The position numbers and the translations under genes are program-made. Positions 1-13,648 of a stretch of DNA of 64,000 bases are shown piece after piece; within the stretch, counting starts at the first letter, position 1; each line of letters begins with the position of its first letter. Origin of the DNA: Raillietiella orientalis. Its lineage: Eukaryota. The DNA is taken from contig JAYWIR010000005.1 in assembly GCA_036172245.1 (NCBI GenBank), positions 4,712,001 through 4,776,000 on the forward strand, written 5' to 3'. The notes beneath the pieces were generated by a model, which searched no databases, was not told where the DNA came from, and saw only the letters and a list, made by a program, of their open reading frames with translations.

Positions 1-3000
1 CGGGAAGCACTCGGCATCCCAGCTCGCTCGAGTAAGGGTCCAAACGAAAGTTCCCGAGATCTGAGCAGCATCGAGTGGATCACACAGTCGGCTTCTCGCT
101 CTATCCAGCTTACGTGGTAGATGGACACATCTATTTTTCAAAGATCCCTTACAGGTTCCGGAAACATCGGGAGAGCAATCCAGCAGCAACGTTTGCAAAC
201 CTGGGTCGCATTTCGAAAAAAAAAAAAAAAAAAAACATTGGCAAAGGAACATATTTCAATCCCTTATATTTTAATGATACACTTAAGTGACCACGGCAAA
301 AAAAAAAAAAAAAAGCTCATCGTTTCATCCACGTTCAGTTCGTTGATGCCAGGAATGCTTTCTTAGATCACCCAAAGCGAGATGCGGCTATGCATGTGTT
401 GGTTCCTCAGCGTGTGGGCCTTCGAGAAACGAGTCAGGTGGAATACCTATTTTGTCCCCCTGACCGGTTGAGCCCGTGGGCCTTTGGGTGGTTCATGCTC
501 GGCGCGTCGAGAAACCAAGGCGTCGGAAAGGTGTCCAGGAAACGCTCGAGATTCGCAAGCGGAATCTTCCTCGCGTTATTGGGCAGCAGCAGCAGCATCC
601 GGACCGTGTTCTATTCTTTCCGTCCACTTTCCTCGCGGTCAGCAGAAGAACGATTTCCGGGCCAAGGACGAATTTCGACGAAGACTCCTTCGAAGCAACG
701 CTTCCCCCCCAGCAATCCAAAGTTTTCTATTTATTTCTTTTGCTCCAAAGTTTCCAAATAGAAAGCGCGCATTTCACTTGTGCCTGAACACAGGCGCTTC
801 CAAGCAACGCCAAAGCAGCAGCCGCGGAGATGTGTGCCCGTGGGGGGCGCTCATTCAATTACCTTCCCCCCCCCCGCGTCCAGAAATAACCGGCCCTGCG
901 CGAGAAGTATTGTTATCTCTGATCCCCGGCGTCCATTGTTGGAAGGCGTTCGTGAGGCCATGTCATTATCCAGACGGGGTGGCAGCAGCACACTGGCTAT
1001 CGTGCGAGGGTGCCCTTTTTCTCCCCGTGAGTGCATCTTCCAGAGATCCTGCAGCGCGGGTGCTTAGTCTGCGAGCCTCCTCCGATGCTATCCCGGGATC
1101 CCAGTGCTGGTTTCGACGGATTTTCGGTAAAGCACATTCCGTTAGCGATGACCGGTTGAGAACACGTGAATTCGCCATCCGCACTGGTGCAGACGGTGGT
1201 CGCTGAAGGAATCCGGATACAGTAGGTGAAACTGAGAGGCCGGATGTAGGGAGATGCAAACTGATGCGTGAGTTACCCATCGCTAATTCCACTGACGATT
1301 AAATGCACAGCTTGTTAAGATTCGATCCCGTTCCCGTTTCTTTCGATTCTGGATCTTTCGGTCAGTTAAAGGGGGGGGGGAGGAAAGAAAGAAAGAAAGA
1401 AGGAAAAAAAAAGAAAAAAAGAAAAAAAACTCGCGATAAACAGAAAAATTGTTCGGCAGGCGTAGTAGGGATCAGTCTTGAGAATATGTGTCAGAACTTT
1501 TGTCCGCGAATCACGCATGATCACTCAATCACGAATCATTTCTCTCCGTGATTTATTGAGTCATCGAACTTAATATAAAAGGAAAACTTCCTGGTGTCGC
1601 AGGTTGGCGGAATCGCATTGGAGTGACCACAGTCACGCGTGATCTACCTGTTGCTGCGTCTGATTTTAATGAATTTAAAATGAATGATTCGTGAGCTGGA
1701 GTTTTTAAAAAACTCAATCACGACTCACCTTTTTTGATTTATAGAGGAGGATAATGGTCCACGTCCCTCTTAAACGCGTGACTACGATTTTCAGATTGAT
1801 TGTTATGAATGATTCAATTCAATTATGAGCTGATCATATGCTCCAAGACTGAGATTCCCCTTCTCATTAACTGAGGCATAGAGGAACTTTTCGATTTACT
1901 GTAGAAAAGGATCCAGAAACAATTAAGGGATGCTGTTCAAGTTGCTCAGTATCGATAAAGCAGCAGGAGGCTTCATTTCATTTCTGGGGGATCCAAGTGA
2001 TTAGTTTTGGGCATAAAAGCTAAACTTTTATCGAAAAGCACGGAGACCAAGGCTAATAACTTTTAGTGCCCACCAAAAAGATTAATAAAATTTTTCCTTT
2101 TTTTTTTTTTTTTCTTTTAAAAAAAGGAAAAATCTACTGTATGTGAGGAAAAGAGGTCATCTCTCTATTAAATGCAGCAAAAGCCAACTGAACCTTCCCC
2201 TCAAATCTTTTCATTTTTCATAGTGCAATCCTCGAGTTTTTTTTTTTTCTCATTCTATAAATAAATAGCCGCTTGAATATCAGTCACATAAAATTAAATG
2301 TTTGCAGCATGAAACCATCCATCAATATTCATGTGTTTTTAATTTCTCCTCCTCTTGGATGTGTTTCGAAATGTAACAGACGAGTGATGTTGTTGCATTA
2401 CATCCTCATAACTCTGGGAAGCTAATACAAATTATCTAACGAGGAGAAAGAGCATTTCTGTTTTTGGATTCAATGGATTTTCCCCCCTCTCTCTCATGAT
2501 GATGGCGTTTATATGAGAATTTGCAGTGCATAAGTTAAAGCTGATCCAATGGTTTCCACTCTTTAATCTTTTCTTTTTTTTTTTAATGACCTTTTCATTC
2601 ACAGATTAATCACCGGAGGAGTTGTGATCTGGGGATCGCAAAAGTTTCGTTTTTTCCAAACTCAGTTTTTGTATTTTAACTGTAAGTACAAATTTGTAAT
2701 AATCACGAATGTGTACAGAGCCACACCAGGCGTTATTCTGTTTAATTTACAAAAAAAGAAACAAAAAAACAGGCAAACAGTGGGTTCACTCTCAGCATCT
2801 ACAACTTCAGCCACTTTCAAAGAACGAAGCAAATGATAACTATCCAGTAGTAGCTGCCCTGTTAAATGAAAACACCTACTCACAGAGAATCGAAAAGAAA
2901 ATCCATTTCTAGGCATCTTAGGAAGTGTTCGTTTACATGACAGGATAAAAAAAACTCCCTGACCAAAACAGCTTTGAACTATATGACGATACGAAAATAA

Positions 3001-3747
3001 AGGGCAAAACGAAAAACACTATGCAGCAAGTAGAAGGATGGTATTGAAACGTCCAGAGGTCACTAATCTGATGGTGTAGATTTACTGTTTTAGGCTTGCA
3101 AAGAAGCACAAAACGCATAATTTAGTTTTTGAAATTCGTGTTCTGTAAGGCAGAGTCGGATTTTGTGGGACTTTTAGTTCGTTGGCCAGGCTGAAAAGTG
3201 GAACTATCAAGAGTGAGAATCATTGTTCTAAAACAAATTAGAAAAGAAGTAAATGAATGAATCCGTCGGTCTCGGCAGTGCTTTCTCTGTGATCGAATCT
3301 GCACTAAAAAAAAAAGAAAAAAAAAAAAAAAAGGCCATCTGCAAAATTCGATACCATGCAACCAATATTTTTTACCTGTTTGTATTCTTTAATTCATCCC
3401 TTTAGACATGGAGCCAAGATTCAGTTATTTCTTTCAACTTCCTTTGCCTTTTACTTTCAGTAGGTCCACATGTGGTTTCTGCATCATTACAAAAGCAGTT
3501 ATGGCAATTTCGAGGAAATTTATTTTCCTATATACATATTTTTTCAGTAAATTTATAGATGGTTCGAACACTTCATCGTTATTATGATATTTCTTGTTAA
3601 AAATGCTTCCATGTATCTCTGGGATAGATAGCCATGTCTCAATACTTTGATAATTGCAATGTTGCGTTAAAAATTCGTCCCTTCAGTTCTCACTATGTAT
3701 GTCTTTGAACGGTTTCACCGCATTAATAAAATGCTTCCACACATACA

Positions 3748-3779
<32 letters not shown>

Positions 3780-5074
3780 TTTCATAGGAAATAGCAATCA
3801 TAGCAATCTTTTCAAATCAACACTTTACAAAAACTTTAACATCTAAACAGAGGAAGGAGCTGAAATTAACAAGTGGCATTTCTTTCTCGATCTTATGGTT
3901 TCTCGGTGTTTCAGAACACCTTAAGGAAAGCATTTTGAATCGTTTTCTTGAGTACAAGAAGTGATCATTCTGTATATAACAACCTCGATTTAAGTTGGAA
4001 AGCACTCGGTTGTGTACTTGTGTACTGGAACGTTTCTGAAAAGCTGAAAAGTCAAAGCAGTTGTGGCAACTGCTTTGGCACGCTTAGCTGTTTCTGTTAT
4101 TTCTATTTATAATTAATATCGAAAATGCAAAAGGAATATCTACATGCTGATAACGACAGCTTAGTTCAAGGTTCACTCATTGAGTGTGCAGTCATCAATC
4201 CGTAGGCTAATATCCCTGTAATCGCGCTCAGTGTTCTCAGTGATGGCAAAATGTTCCTTCAGTCCAACATTTCTTGGTAAAGATTTGATTTTTACGCTGA
4301 TAAATTTTGAACAGACTTCAGGAATATGTACGTGCCATCACATTGATTAACTTGGAATGAAAATTTTTTTTTCCTCAAAAACAAAAAAAAGAAAAATTGG
4401 ATTTCGCGATTTCCGAGATTTTCGAGATTTGTTGTTGTCATAATTGTGATGCTGTGGCATTGTGATTCTGCATTTTGGTTAGCAACCGAAGTGCATTTAA
4501 TCGGTGATGAAATACGAGAACAGGAAAAGTGATTCAATGAAACACTTGAAGACATTTCATTGATATTCAACTACTTGCCTGTTATTTGTACAAGGACGCA
4601 CACTGTACCATAACGTACTATTACGTGATATTGTGTATAAAGATAAACAAGAGTAGATGTGAGCAAAATGAAGTTGATATCCCACTGATAAATTCGATCT
4701 CAGCCGGGATCACCAGCAGAAAGCTAAGACTACAAAAACACACTCTTGACGAATCCTCGTTAGTATTTGGGAGAAAAAGTTGGGCAGGCATCTAACTTGT
4801 ATTTTACGTCCATAAGTAACACCTTAATTTAATGATTAGTCAGACCAAGAGGAAATGCATTCTAGAGCGATGAGTGCACACCTTTTTTTTTAGGAATCCG
4901 ACATCTTTTGCATTCAAATTATCTTCTTTTGATGGGAATGCCGTGGCATTTGGTTGCAAGAAACATGGACTCATTTTGCTTCCAATATCGAACCTCAATC
5001 AATAAAAGGAAAATTCACCATCAAATATTCTTCTCACAACGAGGACAGTATAATTTCTTGACATTCCAATTAAG

Positions 5075-5095
5075 GAAGAAGAAGAAGAAGAAGAA
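5075..5095. repeat. (GAA)7 repeat
   Basis: Read directly from sequence. Confidence 0.9.
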
Positions 5096-8000
5096 GGAAA
5101 AAAAAAAAATAAAAAACTTCTTTTTAATTCTTCGATTCGCTTTCATGGAACACGAAGATTTTTATCGATCACTCCATATGAAAGGATGGCAAACCGAAAA
5201 CGAAGGAGGCGTGTAGATAAAGAAAAGAAAACGATAAATCAGTTCGTTGGTTCTTTTGTTTTTATAGAGTTGTTCTGGATGCTGTGAACCCAGTGAACTG
5301 GCGAATTTTCCGAATGAAGACAAAGTAGCGGATGGGACTCTTTCAAAACCAATTCTTTCGGTTGCAGATCTGCAAGGCGGAGCGATTACTTGGAACAGTT
5401 TTCGAAGAAGATTGGTCCAGGCGTTTGCTTAGCGATCCTGCGTTGAAATGGAGCCGATGCAGGACATGGGGCGGGTGTGAATGTACATAAATGGTTTACG
5501 GGATTGCGCTGTCTCTACAAATGGAATCGAAATGAAAGTCTTATCGAGACACCGAATTTTCGTGGAACTGAGAAGGCCAAATTCACACGTGTTCCTTTTT
5601 ACCAAACATCCCACCTGACCCCGGAGCCACGATACAATTTCTGACTACGAGAGTAACTTGGTGAATGGTAACTCGATTATTTAATTTCTTCCAAATAAAG
5701 AAATGAACGCCAGATCATAATTCATTCGGTCCAACCGACGTTTCCAGGCAGCGAAGCAAGAATTTGCCTTTCAGATTCTCATGACGGGAAGGAAGAGCAG
5801 TTGCACGTTGAAGACGACGTTGCTTCTCTAAAAACATTTGAAGCTTCATTTTCAATTGAAGCATGACTACTTCGAATTAGGACTGGTAAAAACAAAACTG
5901 AAAGTACAAAGCACTATCTTTTCCAAATCATTTTAGAAATCCATTAGAGTTTGGTTCACAGATTGAATAATGCATCTGAAGATAGAAGATGAAAAAGAAA
6001 CTTTTTTTCCCCAAATTTCTGGATTTCATTTTTTTGAAGGAGAAATGGACTACCGGGAGAAGGAAACGTGTGATTAGTCATCACACTTCCTCTTATCAAA
6101 TAAGTTTCTTGTATCACTTGAAGCGAAGTCTCAGAGAAGAAGGGATGCATTCATAAAAAAAAAAAAACTCCTGCATTTCGCATTATGTCTGAGGTCTGTG
6201 GGGGCAGATTTCAAAAAGCCGCATTTTCCAAATCACAAATACGACCCATATGTTCTACGATTTTTGCACAATGCTTTTAACGCAGGCTCTTCATCTTAAC
6301 CAAATTATGCTGTCTCTTTTGAGCGTTGCCATTGATCGCTGGCTCTTAATAGTCTCAAGGAGATGTTCCCTGGTTTCGCTTTAGAAATTCCCAACGACTG
6401 CCATTTGTTTCGTAGAACATAAAGTTCAGCGAAGACACTACAACGTTATCCTAAGGATTTTGGAATTAGAGCTCCTTGGACAAGAGAGGAATCGCTTGAT
6501 CTCACCAATGTGATTTCAAAAAAAAAAGAAAAGAAAAGAAAAGGGAACAAGAAAAGTAGTCTAAATCCGAACAATCTTTTTTGTGGTTTGCTCTCAAGCA
6601 TGTGCTCATTCTGATAAGTAAGTCACTAAGTGTCCTTGTTATTTACGTTAAGTGTCCTTACCGGGATGCGACGGATCTGTTTGCATTACTGCAACAACTC
6701 GGCCGTCACTCGAAATCCCATTCAGCATTTCATCTTTTATCGCGTGTTTTCTGGATTAACCGTCTGCACTAGCATATCGTTTTATCAAGAGGCAAAGATA
6801 ACTTTTGGGTATTCTAGTAAATCAGTCATCACGGCTGCAAAAGGGTCCTTTCTCTGATCAAGAAATAAGGCTATCAAAAATTCAAGACAGCTCCAGATTT
6901 TGCCTCAGTTTGCAGTTTTGCGTAATCTTCCAGGTATCTCTGCAGCGATGGAATCTGTTGCGTGAATCGGTTTCAGATTGGAATTTTCATGTGTTTTTTT
7001 TTTTTTTCCCCCTCCAAATTAACTGATTCGTTTTCAAGAAAATTCACGATTAAGAATTCCCACTGGAAGACAGATGCCTTCCTTGTGGAAACTCCACTCA
7101 CACACGCAATTGCAGCGCTGAATTTGTGACGCATGCAGCGTATAGTGGTTTTACGTTCATAAACTTTCCTATTGTAAGCACCACGATATGGAAAGCAGGC
7201 TTTATTATTTTTATTTTTTATAAAATCAAATTAGACAATTATTTTTTTTTTCAAAAAAACTATTGATGTTTTGTCTAGCTGCAAAAGATAAAATAACCAT
7301 TATAAGAAAATGCAATCACGTTCCGGATGCAAAAAGGAACGAAACCCCATAAATTAAAATAATTATGTTGAAATCGCTCCTCTGAAACCATGAAATCGTT
7401 AAGACTTGAGATTTCAAAATTGCAATCTATTATATTAAAGAAATTAGGGCTTTTAAATTTATGGGATGACAACATTAAACAAAGCTGTACAAGTAAAATC
7501 ACGTTCAAGTAGCTTCAAGGGAAACTAGTGGGGGGGGGGGAAAAAAAAAAAAAAAACCTGAAGTTCATCTGTAACTTGCATGAGCATGAATGCACAAAAT
7601 ATATGCTACGTATCTGCATAATTTACAAGCTATTTGTATTTGCATGCGTATATCTGCGTATTGCACACACATATGGAAAATAACTTCATGCATATTCACG
7701 TTTGTATTTAAGCCACATAACTGCATTTGGCATTTCCAATTGAGAGCCAAATCACGACCATGGAGCCAGCCAGATACACGGCAGACTGAATCTGATACAC
7801 AGCATTTGTTGTGTAACTAAGCATACGGAGATCGGCTGGCATTTAGAGAGAGAAAGCCGTTTACGACTAGGCAAATTAACTGCTGGCATTGAAAAGAGTA
7901 ATGGAATCCTTGCGGACACAGTTCTTATAGAAGACGATGTCTCGATTGTAGTGTACATCAAGCGGAAGCAATTCAAAATCACACCTAGAAATAATGGATC

Positions 8001-11000
8001 ATAAATTTCCGTTTTTGTCTCACAGAGTGCATGACTATATAGATGATGTCCTTTTACTTTGGCAGTTTCTTCGTGCTCGAACATAAAACTAACATATGTA
8101 AAAATATATAACCGAAAATCCAAAGTGCAAAGCCGATGCAAGTCGGAATCCAAGTGGATGTCTGATTCCAGGGTTTGACACAAAGCTTTATTTACGGAGA
8201 ACGCTGAGAGTTATTGAAAATCGATCTACTGACCTCTTTCCCAACAGAAGTTACTTTGAATCAGATGTAGATGAGGAAAAACAAAAAAAAAAAAATAGAT
8301 GGACTGCACTTGGAAAGAGGATCCGACACGCGTACACTATCCTAATTTGAGTGTTTCATTTCGCGTAACTATTTCGACCTATTCCGATGCGTATTGAAGT
8401 ACATTCCCGGAAAGGAGACGCGGACAGTAAACGGACATCACAGGAACCGACCGAGGTGGTGAATGAAGCTGTGTAGGTACAATCTGAAATCAATACCATC
8501 AGTAAGCCATTCCACTAAGTACGAAGGAAATTTTACAACAGGGGTTCCCTGAAGTTCCCATTGAGAATGACAGATGTAACTTCAGGAAAATGAGCTTCTT
8601 ACGGAAATCTGTTGAGAGGATTATGTAATCAGTTTGAAGAGTTAGGCACAATGAAACGATGAATCTATAAAAAGTCTCAGTGCGTATCATTACAAAAATA
8701 GCGACAAAAAATATTATGAAGATCATAACTGATCTTCACATTGTTCGCTTAATATCATATTCCTGTGTTATTCTCGTAATATTATTACCCTATAGTATGT
8801 CTAAGCATGTTGTGTTCCACTCATTTTTGTAATGGCGCAACGGCTGGGAATCCAAAATACGAGAAAAATAAATTGGAAGAATGCAACGAAAACTATCTAT
8901 GAAAACTTCTACGAAAGCATCTTTGTGTCCCAAATAAGTTTCGAAAATCTCTAGAAAGGATCCTAATCAAGTCTTCATCTCAAATGAACATTCACATGGG
9001 CACAGTTCACTCAAATACTCGAAATCGATGCAAGTATCGTAAATGATTAATGATGCGGATGTGGTGTTGTCATTAATGTTGCATGCCAGTTCTTCCGTAT
9101 TTATCCTAATAACACCACAGTAATGACTGCGATGCCGATGCGCGACTGTGGCATCAAAATAATGTTTGTCGTCAATTTTATAATATCGGAAATTCAGATT
9201 AATTTCTAAAATTCGCAGGATAAATGTGAATGTGTTTTTCCAAAAGAAGGAAAAAATGAAAAAAACAAACAAACAAACATCAGCATAAAAGACTTGAAAT
9301 AACGGAAAACCGGGATAATGGAATCAAAAATTCTTCATTGGACCTGAGGTTTTTAACGGCTTCAAATGGCGACAATTGTAGGAAGAATTAGAATGGTCAC
9401 ATGGCACTGAAGAATGTGGTAGGAATACTCTGATTTATGAAGCAAAGGAACGATCGTTTCGTAACTGAGAAAACCATGAACGCGATTCGAACGCATTTGA
9501 AGTGGCCGATGCCTTCGTCAAGTTTACATATCTTTGTAACTGTACAATCCATTCAGCGCACAGACAGAGAAGGAACTTTTATCAGAAGGATGCATTTTGT
9601 TCCTTCCGCCAGGGATCTAAAGATAGCACCTAGATCCGCGAGAAAGTGAAACAAAATAGGTACATCATCACAAAAGATAGCAAATTTCTCTTCATCCTGT
9701 ACTTCATATGGAATGAACCATCGAGCTCGGAAACTTCTTAAACTCATTTGCGGTATTAAACGAATGCCTAGATCTATTTCCAAACGGAATGATTGAATCG
9801 TTGAGTTTGGTCCTGAAACTTCCAGGAAGCGAATGCTCCCACAATCCCTGCACTCTGCAAAACATCCTCAAACGTAAATAGATAGTAAAGATGGTGGCGC
9901 AAATGAATCAAGATCAAAATACTAAAGATGTTTGCTATGCATTCCTTGGAATATGCATTTCATTACTGGCAGCGCAAGCAGTGTTTCCCGAGTGTCTCGA
10001 TGTGGGCTTAAGACCTATCTGAGATGAACTCGCAACGAATCCTCCTTGAGATTTCTAGAGTGTCTCCTCACATAACTGAAAACTGTTTGCGAGTGACCCA
10101 ACCATGCTAAAACGATTTCCTGGAAAGAACAAGTCTCGTTTCAGAAAAACGATATTACTTTCGTTTTCATGAGTATTCAATTGCAACTGATAAGACAATC
10201 TGCAATGTGCACATGCCAAAGTTTCTTAGTGACGAGAAGCTGACCTCTTTAATATCTCTTAACTTTGGCAAATTTAGGTTACATAAGAATACACGTTGAA
10301 CAGCTATAGTTCAGATTCATCGTCAGCGACTCTATGAAATTTGATGAGTGCATCTTTACGAGATTTTCGGTTTTCTGCATTTGTTACTTCGCCTCATCTA
10401 ATTTAATTAGAAGCGAAAGATGCTACTGGAACGATCCTCCTACGTAATGCTGCTGTAGATGGAAATCAGCTCTAAAATGCATTCTTTGCTTTCGGATCTA
10501 TTAAAAAACACAGAAAAGAAAGAGAACCCATGTTGTCTTCGGACATTACGGGCATCGTCATCGCAGTCATTACTGTGGTGTTGCTAGGAAAAAGTAGTCT
10601 TCTGACATCAGTCGTACGTCACGACTAACATCCTCTCGCTGCATTTATTGTTTCCTACATCTCCTATACAGACAAGCTTGATGGTGTACGATTAAATAGA
10701 TTTTCCCAAATTTCCTCCGTCCGTAAATAGGTATTAGGATGCTTTTGTGAAATAGTTTGGAAATAGGGAAACTTTTTCGGAATCGGAAATACGATGTGAT
10801 TATCAGGAATATCATCGAGGAATCATGCATCGCAAATGAAGACCATGAATGGCGAAAACTCCACAAGGAATATCTCATTCTTTCCACAAGCCCCGAGATG
10901 CAACATAAACACGAACTATCGACACAAAATGAGCTGCTGCCGATCTTTTACTCTTTTACAAAATACGGGAAAAGTAATGTTTTTGCAACGCTAGGCGAGC

Positions 11001-13619
11001 GTCAGGGGCGTCTTTGCCCATAGGTTCTCAATAACCCACAAAAACATACCGCATACACCAAAACACATGGAGAAAAACTGGTTCCATCCTTTCGGCAGAA
11101 GTTTTCTGACATTCCTAACAGCACTTGAAAGTCTTCTATCAGCATTTAAAAGTGCTTTGATTTCACGAAACAAAGGCAGCAACTAAAGCAGAGAGATAGT
11201 TGCAAGATAGGAATCCAAGATCCAAGACTGCAGATCTAAGCGTTCGTTTTTCGTTCCGGGATAAACTCAGTTTCGTTATTCCAAGCTGCTTTTTTGAGGA
11301 AGTTTTCCTCCCCTTCGTAAGCGTTCATTTGCCGCTCGATCAAGGGAGGTGGCGATTCTTCTCTTCTGCTTTAATACGAATTTCACACATGTAGAACAGT
11401 GGTGCTAACAACGACTCATTTTAGCATCCGACAGATTTAATGAGTACAGCAGGACATGCGAAATTAGGACTTCACGGGACATCCATAACATTTGTGAACA
11501 TCTCTTCGGTTCCTCACGAACGAACGAACAAAAAATCGTTTCTGGCTTGCGCAGAAACCTGGAATGAGCGTGGCAGGGAATTAATTTGCACAATGTCATC
11601 CTTTCAGTGAAGCCAGGAACGGCTGTGTTTCAAGGAAAAAAGTGTGCATTCAAACAAACACAGAGGAAATCGAATTTCTCAACGATGATCGCGGAAGATC
11701 GCATCTTTGCTTCCTTCGATCCATTCTCATCCTCCCTTTTTTTTTTTTTTTCTCCCTCTCAAGAATAATTTTACCTACAAGGAAAATGTATTCCCAGCCT
11801 ATAAATAACGTATCCAATTTGTCTGTTGTTGGTTACAATACGTCGGAAAGTGCAAGTCTTTGCTTTGTCGAAAACATCTGCTACAGGACAATTTATTTCT
11901 CATCACCATTCCCTTGTCACCCTTTGCTAGATGGGTGTCACTTATGACCGGTAGCCTAAGGACTGCTCGAGCTATAAATAATTCCAAGATTTCTCTATTT
12001 CGCACCAGCACACTTGGATAATACAGGGTGTTTCTGCTTATTCGAAACTTTTTTGTAAGTAATGTGTGTGACATGGCGCAAAGCATAAGCAGAACTTTCA
12101 GACGAAGAGGAATTGTGCTCTCTCATTGTCCGCCTGCTTCCACCTAGGATCTTTTTTTTTTCTTTTCCTGTTGATCTATGAAACGTGAACACCGTCTTAG
12201 AGAATTTTAGAGAATTGTCTGTACGATAACGTCTGGAAGCAATCGCAGAGTTCACACTGGTAAGGAATGCTAAATGATTCAGAGAGAACCAGAAATGGCA
12301 AAATAGCGATTCAGCGATGCAAAACTGAAAGTTTTTTTTTTTTCTTTTTTTTCAAGCGAAGCAAGAAGTAGAACCAAAAAATTTTTCTCCACATCAAGAT
12401 GCGATCACATAAAATGGATGCTTTTCACTTCAGGAATGGTAACCCTCCAAACGTAAGTTAGCAGTAGAGAATCATCCTCATCAACAGTATGCCCATGCTA
12501 AATCACATATGCAAATTTCCTTTTTGTTTCTTTTGGTTTTTTTGTTTTTGTTTTTTTTTTTAAAAAAAAAACATACGCACACACACTCATATGGTTCCTA
12601 CGCAGGTATTTCCCCCCCAAATTTGCTGAAATCCAGAACGAGCTAGTCACCAGATGAGTCCATTTAAACGCATTCAAAATGTCTTTGAGAGGCCAGAGGC
12701 TCTACGAAAGACCTGCAAAATCGATCTCAGAGACCTGGCTGGGCGTAGCAATAAATAATCAGGGGGTGATCTCGTTAAAAAAACACACAACAAAAAAAAA
12801 TAAACATAATACAGATCTACCTTATCAAGGAACCATAGGAAAATTACTGCTCTGAATCGCTGGCAACGAACGCGTCCACATGTTCTTTTCTTAAACCAAC
12901 AAGACGTCTAGGATGCTCTCGGGGTTTCCAGGTGCACTGATCCACCGGGCACCGCATAATTAGTAATAACTGTCTCGAAAATCTCACAGTCATGAGGATC
13001 TGTATGCATTTAAACAGATCACTTACAATAATGGAGTGTGGTCTTTTAGATTGCTCCACACAAAAAGCGCAGAATCGTGTGCATTCAAGGTGATGGATTT
13101 ACTATTCAGTGGATTCTCTGGAATCTGCATAGCTTCGTCTTAAATGGTCACAAAGTATGTCTTCCGTCCAGTGCTCGAATCACAGCAACGAGCCGTGTAA
13201 AAATCAAACGGACACGCGCAAACAATCGCCATTTTTCCGTCCTCGAAGAAAATTTTCCCGCATTTACATGGAAACCTCCATAAGAGTTAACTGCAACTCG
13301 AATCTGGAAAAGTCTTTCATTAGTGGATGATCCGCTTTCCCTGCACTGCGTGTGGGCTCTTAATGGAATCGCCTCTTATCTGATTTCTTTTTATTACGTG
13401 CTGAGAAAGATCAAGAACGGATTAGACGGACAAGAAATTTACTGCAGACAGGTTGACCTCTGAATGATGAATGAATCCCCGTGTCACAGTGTAAACAACT
13501 TTCCAACAATCGTCAGCAGGCAATCGAGATAAGTAATGGGTCGACATCACAAATGCACTTTCGCTTGCGAAATTTTGTGGAATTCTGTATTGCGTGCGAG
13601 ACCGTAGGTGGGATGAAAA

Positions 13620-13648
13620 CACATGCACGCACGCACACACACACACAC
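13620..13648. repeat. Imperfect (CA)n microsatellite
   Basis: Read directly from sequence. Confidence 0.85.
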
